NCBI RefSeq assembly: GCF_006345805.1
Contig: NC_043002.1
Span: 45,818,001 to 45,882,000, forward strand
DNA length: 64,000 bases
Direction of reading: 5' to 3'
DNA from: Octopus sinensis
Taxonomy: Eukaryota
Under the pieces are notes generated by a model. The model had not been told where the DNA came from. It did no database searches and worked only from the letters and a program-made list of their open reading frames with translations. Made by a program: the position numbers and the translations under genes. Below, one piece after another: positions 11,350-23,644 of the stretch (its first letter is position 1; every line of letters starts with the position of its first letter).

Positions 11350-12900
11350 ACATCATCATAATTTTTAATGCTCAGTTTTCTATGCTGATGTGATTTAGAC
11401 AAGCCTGCCAAACAGTGTATTGCTAATCATGGTCTTTCATCAACTTGTCTGTGAAGACTGGTATCCTGGAATCTGAGTTTACTCTTCCCACACATTCTCT
11501 TCCACAGGGGACCTTCTATTGACAAAACATGGCATTTTTTTCCGTCCAAGACACTGCTATTTCATAATATCAAATATTAATACCAGCACAGTTGCCTCTC
11601 CTTTACAATTTAGTCTCTCTCATTTCATAGGTGTTCAGCTTTGCATTCATGCAAGCAATACACATGTAAGAGAGTATACCTCCTTCATTTTACCCCAACC
11701 TCTGCAAATCTTCCCCATGCAGATACACATTTTTACACCTGCTTCATACAGTCTGACTTTCACACATAAACAACATTTTGTTGCCAATAAAAGCAACAGC
11801 TACTTACATTTAATGCACTCTGTCTTACTCTAGCTACTATACAGACACTATATCCGTCTCTCACAATAGTTAGGCCTCCTAGATAACAGAAACCAATACA
11901 TATATCTAATAAACCATCTGATAAGTCCACTGATTTTATTTCTTGGGTTCCACTGCTTCTAAACACTCCTTCACAGCTATCACATTTGAAGTTGTATTTC
12001 TTTGTCTCCTCATTGCACTTTTAATGTACCTCATTGAGTTCACAGTATGGAGTTTTTATCAGGCCATTTTGTATAAATCAAATAAGACCAATTCCATTTA
12101 ACATTGGATTTGGTTTTTGACACACTGGCATTGAGGTATTTGGCCTCAATATCGTGCTTTCAGTATGAACTTTTCGCAACTCTTTGACTGAATCTGCAGC
12201 AAAAACATGCTCCTTAACATATAAAAGTTTCCAAGAACAACCCTTCCTATGGATTATAATGACTAAAAGTGATGAGAATGGAACTCTGATGGGCATCTAC
12301 TTATATGTCAAATTTCTTGCTAAACTTCTTATGAAACCTAACTTTCCTAAGAGTATCCTTTTATATAAATTGTACAGATCTCACAAGCCACTATCCTACA
12401 CTAATTTCCTTAGAACTCACTAAAATACAGAGAAAAGTACCCTGTTAAAAGCCTTCTGTATATCAACTTACACAAAGTAGAATGGCTTGTTTCATTAAAA
12501 ATACAGAATCTGTCGTTCCATGTCCTGGTATATGTCAAACTGTACTGTGTCAAGACTAACTCTAATCCTAACTAACTTTAATAAAAACTCCCTCAGCTAC
12601 TTTCAAGACAGGCTTTGTTAGTTTCAAATGACAGCAGTCACTCCTTTCTTCTTTTCCCATGATTCTGTTTACAACGATAGTGCTACACCAGCCATAGAGA
12701 GTAACACTTTCCTGCACCACTTAACTGAATAACAAACATATATGATTAACATGATCTAATATTTTTTTAGCACCTCAACAACTATCCCTGCTTTCCTTTC
12801 ATTCATTTCCTTTATAACTATACTGAAGCTACTCTCCAGAGCTAACAGAATACAGAATGATCATCTTTTTTTAAAAATGGTAATTACTGTTTTCGTTCCT
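11350..12900 (-). pseudogene. Old, heavily decayed RTE LINE copy
   Basis: The ORF fragment at 12078-12296 (SSLLVIII..GCSWKLLYVKEHVFAADSVKEL) aligns to SPLLFIIV..GCTWELLYADDLALIAESLSEL of the 21.6-kb RTE. An RTE-type catcat tail sits near 11350. Boundaries are approximate. Confidence 0.7.
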
Positions 12901-13170
12901 CTTCCACACTGGAACCCAAACATAACAGGATAAGTTACCATGTATTTGTAATTCAGTGGTGTAAAAATATTAACATAAATACTTTTGCTACTAGTCATTG
13001 AAATAAATGAGCATAAATAAAATAGCCATTTTCTAAATGTTAGAGAAATGTATTTTTAAAAAAGTAATTTAAGAAATAGAAGTCATAGCAAACACAAGCA
13101 GCAGACCAGAGAAAAGGGAAAAAAATGAAAAGCTCAGTTTAATTGAATCATTTGTGATCTAACGCATAAT

Positions 13171-14200
13171 CTATGATGGTTGTACCAAAAGTAATGTAAA
13201 AGGAGACATAACATTTTATAAACTGAGACAGGTCATCCAAATTGCATGTGTTGATAGAGTATCTTTTCCTTTGTAGTAACTTCTCTTCTTCATTGCAGGC
13301 AAATAATGGGTTTCAGGAAGAACCAAAGTGCCATCAATGAGTTCTTGAAAAAGGTGGGTTTTAAGCTATCCAACACTGACAGAACATGATGGGTTGTTTG
13401 TGGATATGACACTAGGGACAGGAGTAATGTGAACAAATGGATGACAAAATTTAAAGAAGGGAAAACCAGTATTAAAGACAAGCCATGCAGTGGGAGAATA
13501 TCAGCCACACCCACTGACAGGGATCCTCAGCACATGGATGAATTGATTCATATGACAAATGACTCACGATATATGAACACAAGTGAACTGCAGTCACAAA
13601 TCATTATGGAACATGCTACAGAATTGGGTACCAGAAAGTGTGTGCAAAGTGGGTACCTTGGCAGTTGATACCCAAAATGAAGGAGAGAAGGGTGGAAATC
13701 TGCTGAAAGTGTTTGAAAACAAATGTTTTTTTGTTTTTTCTAGTCTAAGGAATTGAAACATCAGTGTATCTCAATAATCAGGAAATTAAAGCTAAGTCTA
13801 TGAAATAGTACCACATCTCTTCTCCAAGGTTTAAGGAGTTTAAGGGACAGAAAATCATGGTGATAGATTTTGGTAACAAGGATACTGTTTCCCTTGATTT
13901 TCTGGAATGTAGTTGTATCATGAATAGTAAGCTTTTTGAATCACTTGCTAACAAAAAACTAGGTTGGTCAGTGGTATCTCATCGCCAAATAATCTGGATT
14001 TGGTTCCCTCAAACTTTTACCTCTTTAGTTCAATGAAGGACAGTCTTCAGGGACAACAATTTGTGAGACAGATGAGGTGAAACCAGCTGTGAAGGACTGA
14101 GTACAACAGTGTACACCCAGATTTTTCTCAAAACAGATTCAAAAGATGGGTTCAATGATAGTATAAATATGTGATGGAAACTATGTAGAGAAGTGCTTTT
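13171..14200 (+). mobile_element. Decayed mariner (DD34D-type) transposon
   Basis: HTH remnant 'NKWMTKFKEGKTSIKDKPCSGR', a YSPDLAP-like remnant 'SPNNLDLVPSNFYLF', and a mariner-like start tatgatggttgtaccaaaagtaatg. The right end is uncertain. Confidence 0.72.
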
Positions 14201-14330
14201 ATATATAGAAATAATTACTCTCCCAACATGTGTAATTCAAACAACCTACATCAGTAATTGAAAAGTAATGCCTCCTTTTGCCTTAGATAGAGTATAATCC
14301 ATGTGGTGGTATAGATATCTTAACAGAACA

Positions 14331-14376
<46 letters not shown>

Positions 14377-14717
14377 TAGCTTGTTTTATTCTCATCTCAC
14401 AACTACTGAGCAACAGAAAAGAAAATCTTTTTTAACTAATTGAACTTCAAAAGAAAAAAAAAATCATTAAACTTGAAAAATATTATTAGAATATATTTGT
14501 TAAAAACCTTTTCTCATAATGAAATGAAGAACTTTCCAAAGATTTAAACCTAATATAAAGTGTTATTGCCATTATTATTATTATTATTATTATTATTAAA
14601 TCAAAATTAAAAGAAGAGTGCCATTGTTATCTAGTGAATGATATTTCGACATCTTGTGTGTCTTCAACTGGTTCAAAAAATAAATTTGTCAATCTACTTC
14701 CTTTTTGGTTTATATAT

Positions 14718-14819
14718 AAAGGGTTGAGGTAACTCCTCCTGAAGATATAGAGTCAAAATTAAAAGAAGAGTGCCATTTTAATTTTGACTCTATATCTTCA
14801 GGAGGAGTTACCTCAATCC

Positions 14820-14822
<3 letters not shown>
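14718..14822. repeat. 47-bp inverted repeat with an 11-nt spacer, in an insertion within (ATT)n
   Basis: Arms at 14718-14764 and 14776-14822 with one mismatch. A 25-bp direct repeat occurs at 14601 and 14754. Confidence 0.85.
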
Positions 14823-14858
<36 letters not shown>

Positions 14859-15186
14859 GAAAATAACTATTATTACTATTTTTACTAATAATAATATTAC
14901 TACAATTAATATCATTCATTATTATTACTAATAAATAATTATAAATATTATTATTATCTCTTCTGCTATCCTCCTCCTCATCATCATTATCAAACAAGTG
15001 TCTATAGTACCACAACAAGGGCTGACCCCTTTAAAACATCTTGTTTCAAAAGCTAGACACTTTTGAGCAATGCTGCACACATCCAGAAAAATCGCAAGTC
15101 ATTTCAAAGAAAGCTATTGAACAGGAGCGAAGAAATGAGAAGAACAGAGTGATAGTGATATAGACCCAATCAAGAAGTTTCCTTAC

Positions 15187-15213
15187 CTGCTCAGTGCCTT
15201 TCCTTTTAGTAGA
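15187..15213 (-). CDS. Candidate in-frame 27-nt microexon in WDR7 intron 7 (N-LLKGKALS)
   Basis: Sequence ttctattttttttttcaag|TCTACTAAAAGGAAAGGCACTGAGCAG|gtaagg. Symmetric phase 2, no stop. Confidence 0.45.
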
Positions 15214-18200
15214 CTTGAAAAAAAAAATAGAATGAACAATACTAAATAGACTGGATCGCATAGTTATAATGGTTTTCTCTAAATCAAAAAGATAAAGATA
15301 AGCTTGATGAATGTTTGAAGTTTTCATTTTTTTTTAAATGTCATACTGCTAATGAGATATTTAGATAATTAGTGAGGTTGATTTTAAGAAATGCTGACTG
15401 ATATGATGAATAAAGAATTGCTTAGGAACAAATTTTGATTATATACTAAACAGAAACAAAGACTGGATCATGTTTCTTTTGATAGTTTTGTTAAAATTTA
15501 TAATTATTTTTTTTTATATGCTATCATAAATGATATACATTTTTACAAATTTAGACATCTGCATACTGCTGGAGAATTTATTTTTACAACAGTATGGCCA
15601 ATCGACAATGACTGTGAAGTAGAAGTGGAAGCTATTTCACAATCATGTGGAAAGGTGAAAACTAAGTTTTATGTCTTAGCTAAATATACAAACACAGTGG
15701 TTGTAATAAAGCTTGTACTTGTGACCATATGAAGTAGTCCTTCAACTAAACCTCATAAGCACTGTGCCTGATGTATTCAGTAAGAATTCTACTAGGAAAT
15801 AATATGCATAATGAGTCCTTATTTATTTATATATATAAAGCAAACTACTATTGAATTTAAGATATTTCAATAATTTAAAGCTAACTTGTTTTCTTGTAGC
15901 ATCAGCTTTAGTATTTAGAATTTGTTTAACCAAAAGACCTCAAATAACAACCAATATGAAGTTTAGGTAAACAAGAGAATTTTGATGTTGAAAAATATAT
16001 TAAAAACATATTATGCTACAAGTATTATTGAAGTTAGCTATTTCAACTTGTAAAAGAGACTGTCATCAAGCTTTCTAAGTAGATAAACAGATTACATTTA
16101 AAATTGGCTTGCTACTCCTATTTGTGAATATATACATTTTAGATATGCAATCTTTCTACTGTGATGATATTGTATGAGAATTTCGTGACTTGCATGCTTA
16201 TCTAGTCACTCCTGAAGATTTAGAAATGACTGTGAATATGTGTGCAAAGAGGGTTCTTTTTCCCCCAGAGAGACTGGTGAAGAAATGCAAGAATATTTTT
16301 GTCTTTTTACTATATAAGTGAATAAATCTAATGAATACTTAGCATACTTGCCATCCTATGTTTACTAATTAAAATCTCATATTCTCAACATCAGTCAGAA
16401 CCAAAAACATATTTCAGTTATTTTGGAGTAATTAATATCCTGGAATTCTTAGGAATGGTTGGGTTGCTTTGCAACCACATGACTATACTTTGGGCATGTA
16501 ATGCATCTTCAGCCATAACTTTTGGGTAATCAATGCATTATGAATAAAAAAAGTATGTGGAAAAATACACAGAGGCCTGTCATGTGTATACTGAGTACTT
16601 TTTGGCAATGTACACATTGGTAAGAAAATTAATAAGTTGGTACTTTCAAATAAAAATGCTTTTTGGTGTTTGTTCAGCACAAGTTGTACAGATGCTCCTC
16701 GTCACATACTCTATCATATAAAAAAAAAATTGGCACTCCATTGGTTACGATGACAAGGGTTCCAATTGTTCCAATCAACAGAAGAGCCTGCTCGGGAAAT
16801 TAACCATGCAAGTGGTTGAGCACTCAGACACACGTACCCTTAATATAGCTCTCAGGTAGACTCAGTGTGACACAGAATTTGACATGACTGGCTCTTTGAA
16901 AAACATTTTGCCATTGAATGAATGGTTGGTTTGTTAGAAACATAACCAAGGACACTATTTTTCACAAAATATATTAAGATATTTTTTTAAATAATACATG
17001 AAAAGTTATAATTGGCCACCTCTTGAAAATTGCAGGTAACTTCTATATATTAATGGAACACACTTCAGCAATGGCTAGTCTTTAAGCTTTTAATTGTGTT
17101 AGATTCTTATTTTCTTTTCTTAAGATCACATAATAGAGATTGAATTTTAAAATTAAGCTATTCTTATAAATTAAAAAGCAACCTGCTTTCACCAAAGGGT
17201 ACAATGAAATGTTGGTGAAAGGATATAAATTTTTACTTTGTTGTTAATTTCTTATTATTATTAGTTGTGTTATTCCTTGCTCTTTAAACAAAAAAGAAAT
17301 ATATACTGAATATATTCTATGTTTAAATTTTTGCCACCACTGAGATATTTATCTTTGAATATTTGAAGTACCATCAATTTTTTTTTTAATTAAAAAAAAA
17401 GAAAAAAAGCCTAAAACAAAAAACCTAAATCAAACTAGCCTCTATAGTTTAAAATTATATTCTTGATAAATTTTCTCAATCTACCTTCAATACTGGCTTT
17501 AACTAAAAGTCAGTCACTAGCAACTGACTTGGTTTCAAAAAAATGCACATGAGACTATGAATATATGTTGAACACATTCAACATATAAAGAACCAAAATA
17601 TATATTGCAACACACACACACACACACAAACTGAGACAGATTTCTTGAACTCTAAACAAGATCCTCTTGATATTTATTTATTCCTAGCATTGTTGCTACC
17701 TTCTAAACTGTGATAATCTTTCCTACCACAAAAATACACAATCACCAGAAGACTGAAAGATAAAAGTGATAAAAATAATGAGGAAATAATTCCTTTTCTC
17801 CAGATTACACCATTTCTTCTGAGATTAAAGTTATAGAGTTTTTCTCTCATACAAAATGCTACATGGAGTAGAAATGAAGTGGTAGAGGTGAGACTTGACT
17901 GATATATATTAACTAAAATGAGTTGTGGTGTACATACAATACAAAATGTGTTATAGATTGGTGCAAACAACAAGTCAAAAATTCCAGACTAATAAGTTTT
18001 TTTTTTTTTTAAATCATACAGCAATACAAATATGTTTATCCTCATGCAGTAAAACTAAAAAAAAAATTTCATTCTTATCTTAAAAAAAAAAAAATGAGTA
18101 GAAGCAAGCAGTTCAAATTCACAATAATAAAAAAAATTAAGCCTGAAAACAATATCAAGTTAGAAAAATAGTTAACAAGAATCAAGTCAACAAATCAGAT

Positions 18201-18252
18201 ATAGAAAAATAGAAGAGCAAAGATCATTCTAGTATTCTTGAAATGACTAGGA

Positions 18253-18304
<52 letters not shown>

Positions 18305-18305
18305 T

Positions 18306-18357
<52 letters not shown>

Positions 18358-19567
18358 TATATATATAACTTTTTACCTACTTTGGCATTCATATTTAAGC
18401 TGTCCCCCACTTTCTTTGGGAGGTAAGATGCATTTTTTTATGACAATTTTTCCAGTTCTTTTGGAGAATCTAAATATTCAATAGTCTTGCTTTCATTAGT
18501 TTAATTTCAAAAACATTTCTTTTATTTATTTCCCTTTTTGTGAAAATCCTTTTCTCATTTTTTCTTCTTTTTTTTTTAAACCTTCCTTGGTGATATATGT
18601 GTAGATCCAGGAACAGCTGGAATCTTAGTTTATAAAGAATTAGTTGAAAGACTTCCATAAAGTATATTGAAATAATGAACCAAACTTCCTTTTAAAACAA
18701 AACCAAGGAAGTCCTTTCAACAAGTATTGCAAATAAGAAACAATGTAAAAATGCAAGTTAGATCATTGTTAACAAACACTAAGAAAGGATGTGAACAAAA
18801 AAACATAAAACTGTATACTGTTAACAATTGTCAAATTTGTTTTCCTTTACAACCAATTGTTGAATAATAAATTCTGGCCAAAGTTATCATAAATAATACA
18901 TATGTTTCCGTCAATAACAAAAAAAAAAGAAAATGAAATAAAATATTACATTTAAGTTGAAACAGAGGTTAAAAAAAAAGCAAAACATTAGCAGCATTAA
19001 GAGAAATATCACCCAATAAACATTGGAATGTGTAATGCAAACACTGTAGAAAATAAATAAATAATTAACAAATATTAAATCAGGATCTTCAGAGATTCTC
19101 AGAAAATGGTTATATTAGTTATTTCTATGTTTAACTGTCAATTTTGTTCAACATTATTATGTCAGCCAAATCAAGAATTAACGTGTATTGTGTTAAGTGC
19201 TTGCACTACAGACCTATATAATTAATTCTACTGTCAACATGCTAAAGTTAGCTAGATATGTATGTATGTAAATTTATTTTTCATCACATGGCTTTTGTAC
19301 TGTTGTTTCCAGAAACTTAAGCTAGATAATCTAAATTTTGTTTCCTCAACATTATTTCTGATTTATTTTTTTACTATGTTGATTTGTAAACAGAAAGTGT
19401 GATACAAATCTTCAAATCAGTGTTATCAGTATATAAAATATATAATGGAATAAATTTTTACAATACATTTTTATTTCTTTTTCTTTAGAAACATTCTTTC
19501 TCTTCAAATTACTAAAAAAATTATAATTAAGAAAAGTCATAATTTCTTGGAAAACAATAATTATTTA

Positions 19568-19915
19568 AACAAACAATTGCAGCGTGGAAGGTGTTTATAA
19601 GCCATTTAAGAAACACACAAAACCGTTAGATTCACTTCAACATTTAAATTTAATTTGTCAAAATATTTTCATCGCTTTGAGACCACAACCTGTTCACTGA
19701 CAAAATTCCATGCTGCAGTACAGAATTTTGTCAGTGAACAGGTCGTGGTCTCAAAGCGATGAAAATATTTTGACAAATTAAATTTAAATGTTGAAGTGAA
19801 TCTAACGGTTTTGTGTGTTTCTTAAATGGCTTATAAATACCTTCCACACAGCAATTGTTTTCGTTCCAGCACATGATCTCAGATCAGGTCACTTGCTATG
19901 CAAGTACATCTCCGT
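19568..19915. mobile_element. Palindromic fold-back element, probably Penelope-like (PLE) derived, with hammerhead-like motifs
   Basis: 138-bp inverted arms at 19571-19708 and 19723-19860 with 4 mismatches, and a 12-bp TSD aataattattta at 19556 and 19916. Confidence 0.8.
19727..19777 (+). ncRNA. Minimal type I hammerhead-ribozyme-like motif, G3-C8 variant; mirror copy on the minus strand at 19654-19704
   Basis: Parses as tttgtca-GTGAACA-g-GTCGT..GCGAT-GAAA-ATAT-TT-tgacaaa: a 7-bp stem I, a 5-bp stem II and a palindromic stem III. Confidence 0.5.
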
Positions 19916-21036
19916 AATAATTATTTATTTATCTAATCTATCAAGACAGATATCATTATATAGATTAGTTCCAATATATCATTAGTTGGTATTTACTTTA
20001 TAAACTTAGGAAATATGAAAAGCACAATCCTTAAACTTATTTTATTTTGTATGGAAATATTAGATATTACGTTTATATAATATAGATTAAATATAATAGC
20101 ATGTTCTTAATTTTTAAAAAATAACATTTAAAACTATTTCTTCCCCTCCATCTTTCCCTCACTGTTTTACATTTTTAAATTATATTTCTTTTTAATGTAT
20201 CCTCATCAACATCATCATGAATATTTTACATCCTCTTTCCACAATGGCACAGTTTGGATAATTTGACAAGATCTCAGTGAGTCCTTATTGAAGTCACAAT
20301 CCTCCTAGACGGGTTAAGGACCACATCTTGAGTAAAATGTCTCAATTTTGGCATGGTCCTATGGTTGAATTCTCTTCTTGACACCAAAGTATATTGTAAA
20401 AGTTACATATTTTAATACATTTAGCCATGCAATCTAGGTTAGGCCAGCTGTGGTGCACTAAAAATAATTATGTGAAATAGAAAAGGCAATTGTAAGATTG
20501 AATTTGGATAAAATAGTCGAATAAAAACTGCATATCAGTAAAAAAAAAATCATTTAGTATGCCTTTGACTAGGACTGACCAGAGATCATTTGATCAGGAT
20601 TGATCAGAAAGTAAACTGTAGCAGCAGATTCCTATTTTCCATAACTTCTCAATGTAATTATTAGAAAGAAAAATGATTTTCCATAATAATTTCAATACCG
20701 CTAACATATTATGGTCAGTTCCATCAATTAATACCTCTCCCCTACAAAAATTGAAACTGCTCCAAGGAAATCAATGTCATACATCTACTACATCTTTATG
20801 TTAAGTTTTTGCATGGTAGCATGGGTTAGGGGTGTCTTTTTAATAAGAGTAATTGTTTTTATTACTCATTATGCTTCTGACAACTGTGAAGCAAGAGAGA
20901 GAAAGAGGGATTTTTATCAATAATGCAAAATGGATTTATATGTTATTCAGTGACACCATAAGTGACAGAAGATTTAAAGTTTTAGTCATGCTGTTAGCAA
21001 TCTACCAAATCAATGAATTAATTAATTATATATATA

Positions 21037-23644
21037 TCATCATCATCATCATCGTTTAGCGTCCGTTTTCCATGCTAGCATGGGTTGGACGGTTCTACTG
21101 GGGTCTGTGAAGCCAGAAGGCTTCATCAGGCCCAGTCAAATCTGGCAGTGTTTCTACGGCTGGATGCCCTTCCTAACGCCAACCACTCCGTGTGTGTAGT
21201 GGGTGCTTTTTACGTGCCACCCGCACTGGTGCCAGACAGAGCTGGCAAACGGCCACAAACGGATGATGCTTTTTATGTGCCACCGGCACGAGGGCCAGGC
21301 GAGGCTGGCAACGGACACGAAACGGGGCGGTGCTGGCAACGGTCGCGAAACGGAAAGTTCTCTTACATGCCACCGGCACTGGTAACACATCTGCAATTTC
21401 CATTGATCGATTTCGATTCTGATCGTCACTTGCCTCAACGGGTCTTCACAAGCAGAGTTTTGACATGCCACCGGCACTGGTAGCACATCCGCAATTTCCA
21501 TTGATCGATTTCGATTCTGATCCTCACTTGCCTCATCATGTCTTCACAAGTAGAGTTTTGTGTCCCAAGAAGGGAAGGTATGCATACGTAGGCTGGCTCC
21601 ATCCCATGTAGAAGGCCACGGGTTATGGACTCACTTGTCCTGCCGGGTCTTCTCGCGCACAGCACACTTCCAGAGGTCTCGGTCTCTAGTCATTTCCTCA
21701 GTGAGACCTAAAGTTCGAAGGTCGTGCTTCACCACCTCGTCCAAGGTTTTCCTGGGTCTGCCTCTTCCACAGGTTCCCTCAACCGCTAGGGTGTGGCACT
21801 TTTTCACACAACTATCTTCATCCATTCTTGCCACATGACCATACCAGCGCAAACGTCTCTCTTGCACACCACAACTGATGCTTCTTAGGTCCAGCTTTTC
21901 TCTCAAGGTACTTACACTCTGCCGAGTGTGAGTACCGGCATTACACATCCATCGGAGCATACTGGCTTCATTTCTAGTGAGCTTACGCATATCCTCAGCA
22001 GTCACGGCCCATGTTTCACTGCCATGTAGCATGGCTGTTCGTACACACGCATCATACAGTTTGCCTTTCACTCTGTGCGAGAGGCCTTTTGTCACCAGCA
22101 GAGGTAAGAGCTCTCTGAACTTTGCCCAAGCTATTCTTACTCTAGCAGTTACACTTTCAGCACACCCGCCCCCGCTGCTGACTTGGTCACCTAGGTAACG
22201 GAAACTATCAACTATTTCTAGTTTTTCTCCCTGGAAAGTGACGGAAGTTGGTCTCAGAGCATTTTCAGTGTTTATTGTTCCTGAGCATCTGCCACATACA
22301 AAAACCATCTTCCTAGTTAGCCTTCCTTTGACATTGCTGCATCTCTTATGTGTCCATAGCTTACACTTGGTGCATCTTATAGAGTTTCTACCTACACCTT
22401 TTCTACAGATCGAGCAGGGCCATCTACCTGAAGGTGTTTGTGATTTGTCTACCTTCCTACTGATTACGACTTTGGTTTTAGCTAGATTGACTCTGAGGCC
22501 CTTCGATTCTAATCCTTGTTTCCACACCTGAAACTTCTCCTCCAGTTCTGATAGCGACTCAGCAATTAGAGCAAGGTCATCAGCATAGAGGAGCTCCCAA
22601 GTGCATCCTGTCTTGAATTCCTCCGTTATTGCCTGGAGGACTATGATAAATAGGAGGGGGCTGAGTACTGAGCCTTGGTGGACTCCTACCTCTACCCGGA
22701 ATTCTTCACTGTACACATTTCCAACCCTCACCCTACTAGCGGCGTCCCTGTACATGGCCCGCACAGCTCTCACTAACCATTCATCTATCCCTAGTTTCCT
22801 CATTGCCCACCAGATAAGGGATCGGGGGACCCTGTCGAAGGCTTTCTCCATGTCAACAAAAGCCAGGTACAGGGGCTTATCTTTGGCTAGGTATTTCTCC
22901 TGCAGCTGCCTTACCAGGAATATAGCATCAGTAGTACTTTTCCCTGGCACAAACCCAAACTGCATCTCATCTAAACTAACTCTCTCTCTAATTAGTTGGG
23001 CTATGACCCTCTCCGTAACCTTCATCACCTGGTCCAACAGCTTGATACCTCTGTAGTTATTTGTATCTAGGGCATCACCTTTACTTTTGTAGCAGTTGAC
23101 TATTATACTGCTACACCAGTCATTGGGTATGACCCCTTTGTGTATCACCTGATTAACTATACGGGTGACTAGGCTATAGCCGACACTACCAGACATTTTG
23201 AGCATCTCTGCAGTGATTCCTGATGGGCCTGGGGCTTTCCCTGTCTTCATGCTTCTAATTGCCTTAGCTACCACGGAACTATCAACTCGGATAGCTGGTC
23301 CCTCTGTTGGGTCAACATTCGGCAGACTCTCTTTATCCCATTCATTTTCTTCATTCAGCAACCTTTCATAGTGGCATCTCCAAACCTCTCTCTTTGCATC
23401 CTCATTTAGCGCAAGTGAACCATCTTCCATGCGAACACACTTCTCTCCTACCACATCACGATTCTCTCTCACACACTGTCTTGCAACACGAAACACCTCC
23501 AGTCTTTGGTCCTCACGGCGCAGAACATTGGCAAATTTTTTCTTATCTGCTTCCCCTCTGGCTAAATAAACCTGTCTCCTAGCTTCTCTGTTGGCAGTCT
23601 GATACAATTCCCTGCTACCCCCATTTTTCCAGACCTTCCAAGCC
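21037..23644 (-). mobile_element. 5'-truncated RTE-clade LINE, young copy
   Basis: The frame is uninterrupted from the truncation point (~23643) to the stop at 21631. It has a ~600-nt 3' UTR and a (GAT)n tail, and is inserted in a (TA)n tract present on both flanks. Confidence 0.93.
21631..23607 (-). CDS. RTE LINE ORF2 fragment: reverse transcriptase, inserted PHD-type zinc finger and RTE C-terminus; endonuclease missing through 5' truncation
   Basis: Motifs KAPGPSG, NYRGIKLL, QFGFVPGKST, FVDMEKAFD, GVHQGSVLSPLLF, YADD, FRYLG, RLRWYGHV and GRGRPRKT, plus a C4HC3 cluster at 22285-22416. Confidence 0.93.
   Translation of the reverse strand: MYQTANREARRQVYLARGEADKKKFANVLRREDQRLEVFRVARQCVRENRDVVGEKCVRMEDGSLALNEDAKREVWRCHYERLLNEENEWDKESLPNVDPTEGPAIRVDSSVVAKAIRSMKTGKAPGPSGITAEMLKMSGSVGYSLVTRIVNQVIHKGVIPNDWCSSIIVNCYKSKGDALDTNNYRGIKLLDQVMKVTERVIAQLIRERVSLDEMQFGFVPGKSTTDAIFLVRQLQEKYLAKDKPLYLAFVDMEKAFDRVPRSLIWWAMRKLGIDEWLVRAVRAMYRDAASRVRVGNVYSEEFRVEVGVHQGSVLSPLLFIIVLQAITEEFKTGCTWELLYADDLALIAESLSELEEKFQVWKQGLESKGLRVNLAKTKVVISRKVDKSQTPSGRWPCSICRKGVGRNSIRCTKCKLWTHKRCSNVKGRLTRKMVFVCGRCSGTINTENALRPTSVTFQGEKLEIVDSFRYLGDQVSSGGGCAESVTARVRIAWAKFRELLPLLVTKGLSHRVKGKLYDACVRTAMLHGSETWAVTAEDMRKLTRNEASMLRWMCNAGTHTRQSVSTLREKLDLRSISCGVQERRLRWYGHVARMDEDSCVKKCHTLAVEGTCGRGRPRKTLDEVVKHDLRTLGLTEEMTRDRDLWKCAVREKTRQDK

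Noticed and set aside
17700-17752. Strong acceptor followed by LLVIVYFCGRKDYHSLE, faintly like WDR7 'FFYGCREYFHK'
   Set aside because: The available donors are weak and not frame-preserving, and the expected PP and GDSSG motifs are absent.
21085-23582. Plus-strand and alternative-frame ORFs over the RTE
   Set aside because: They are antisense or UTR shadows of the LINE with no independent motifs.
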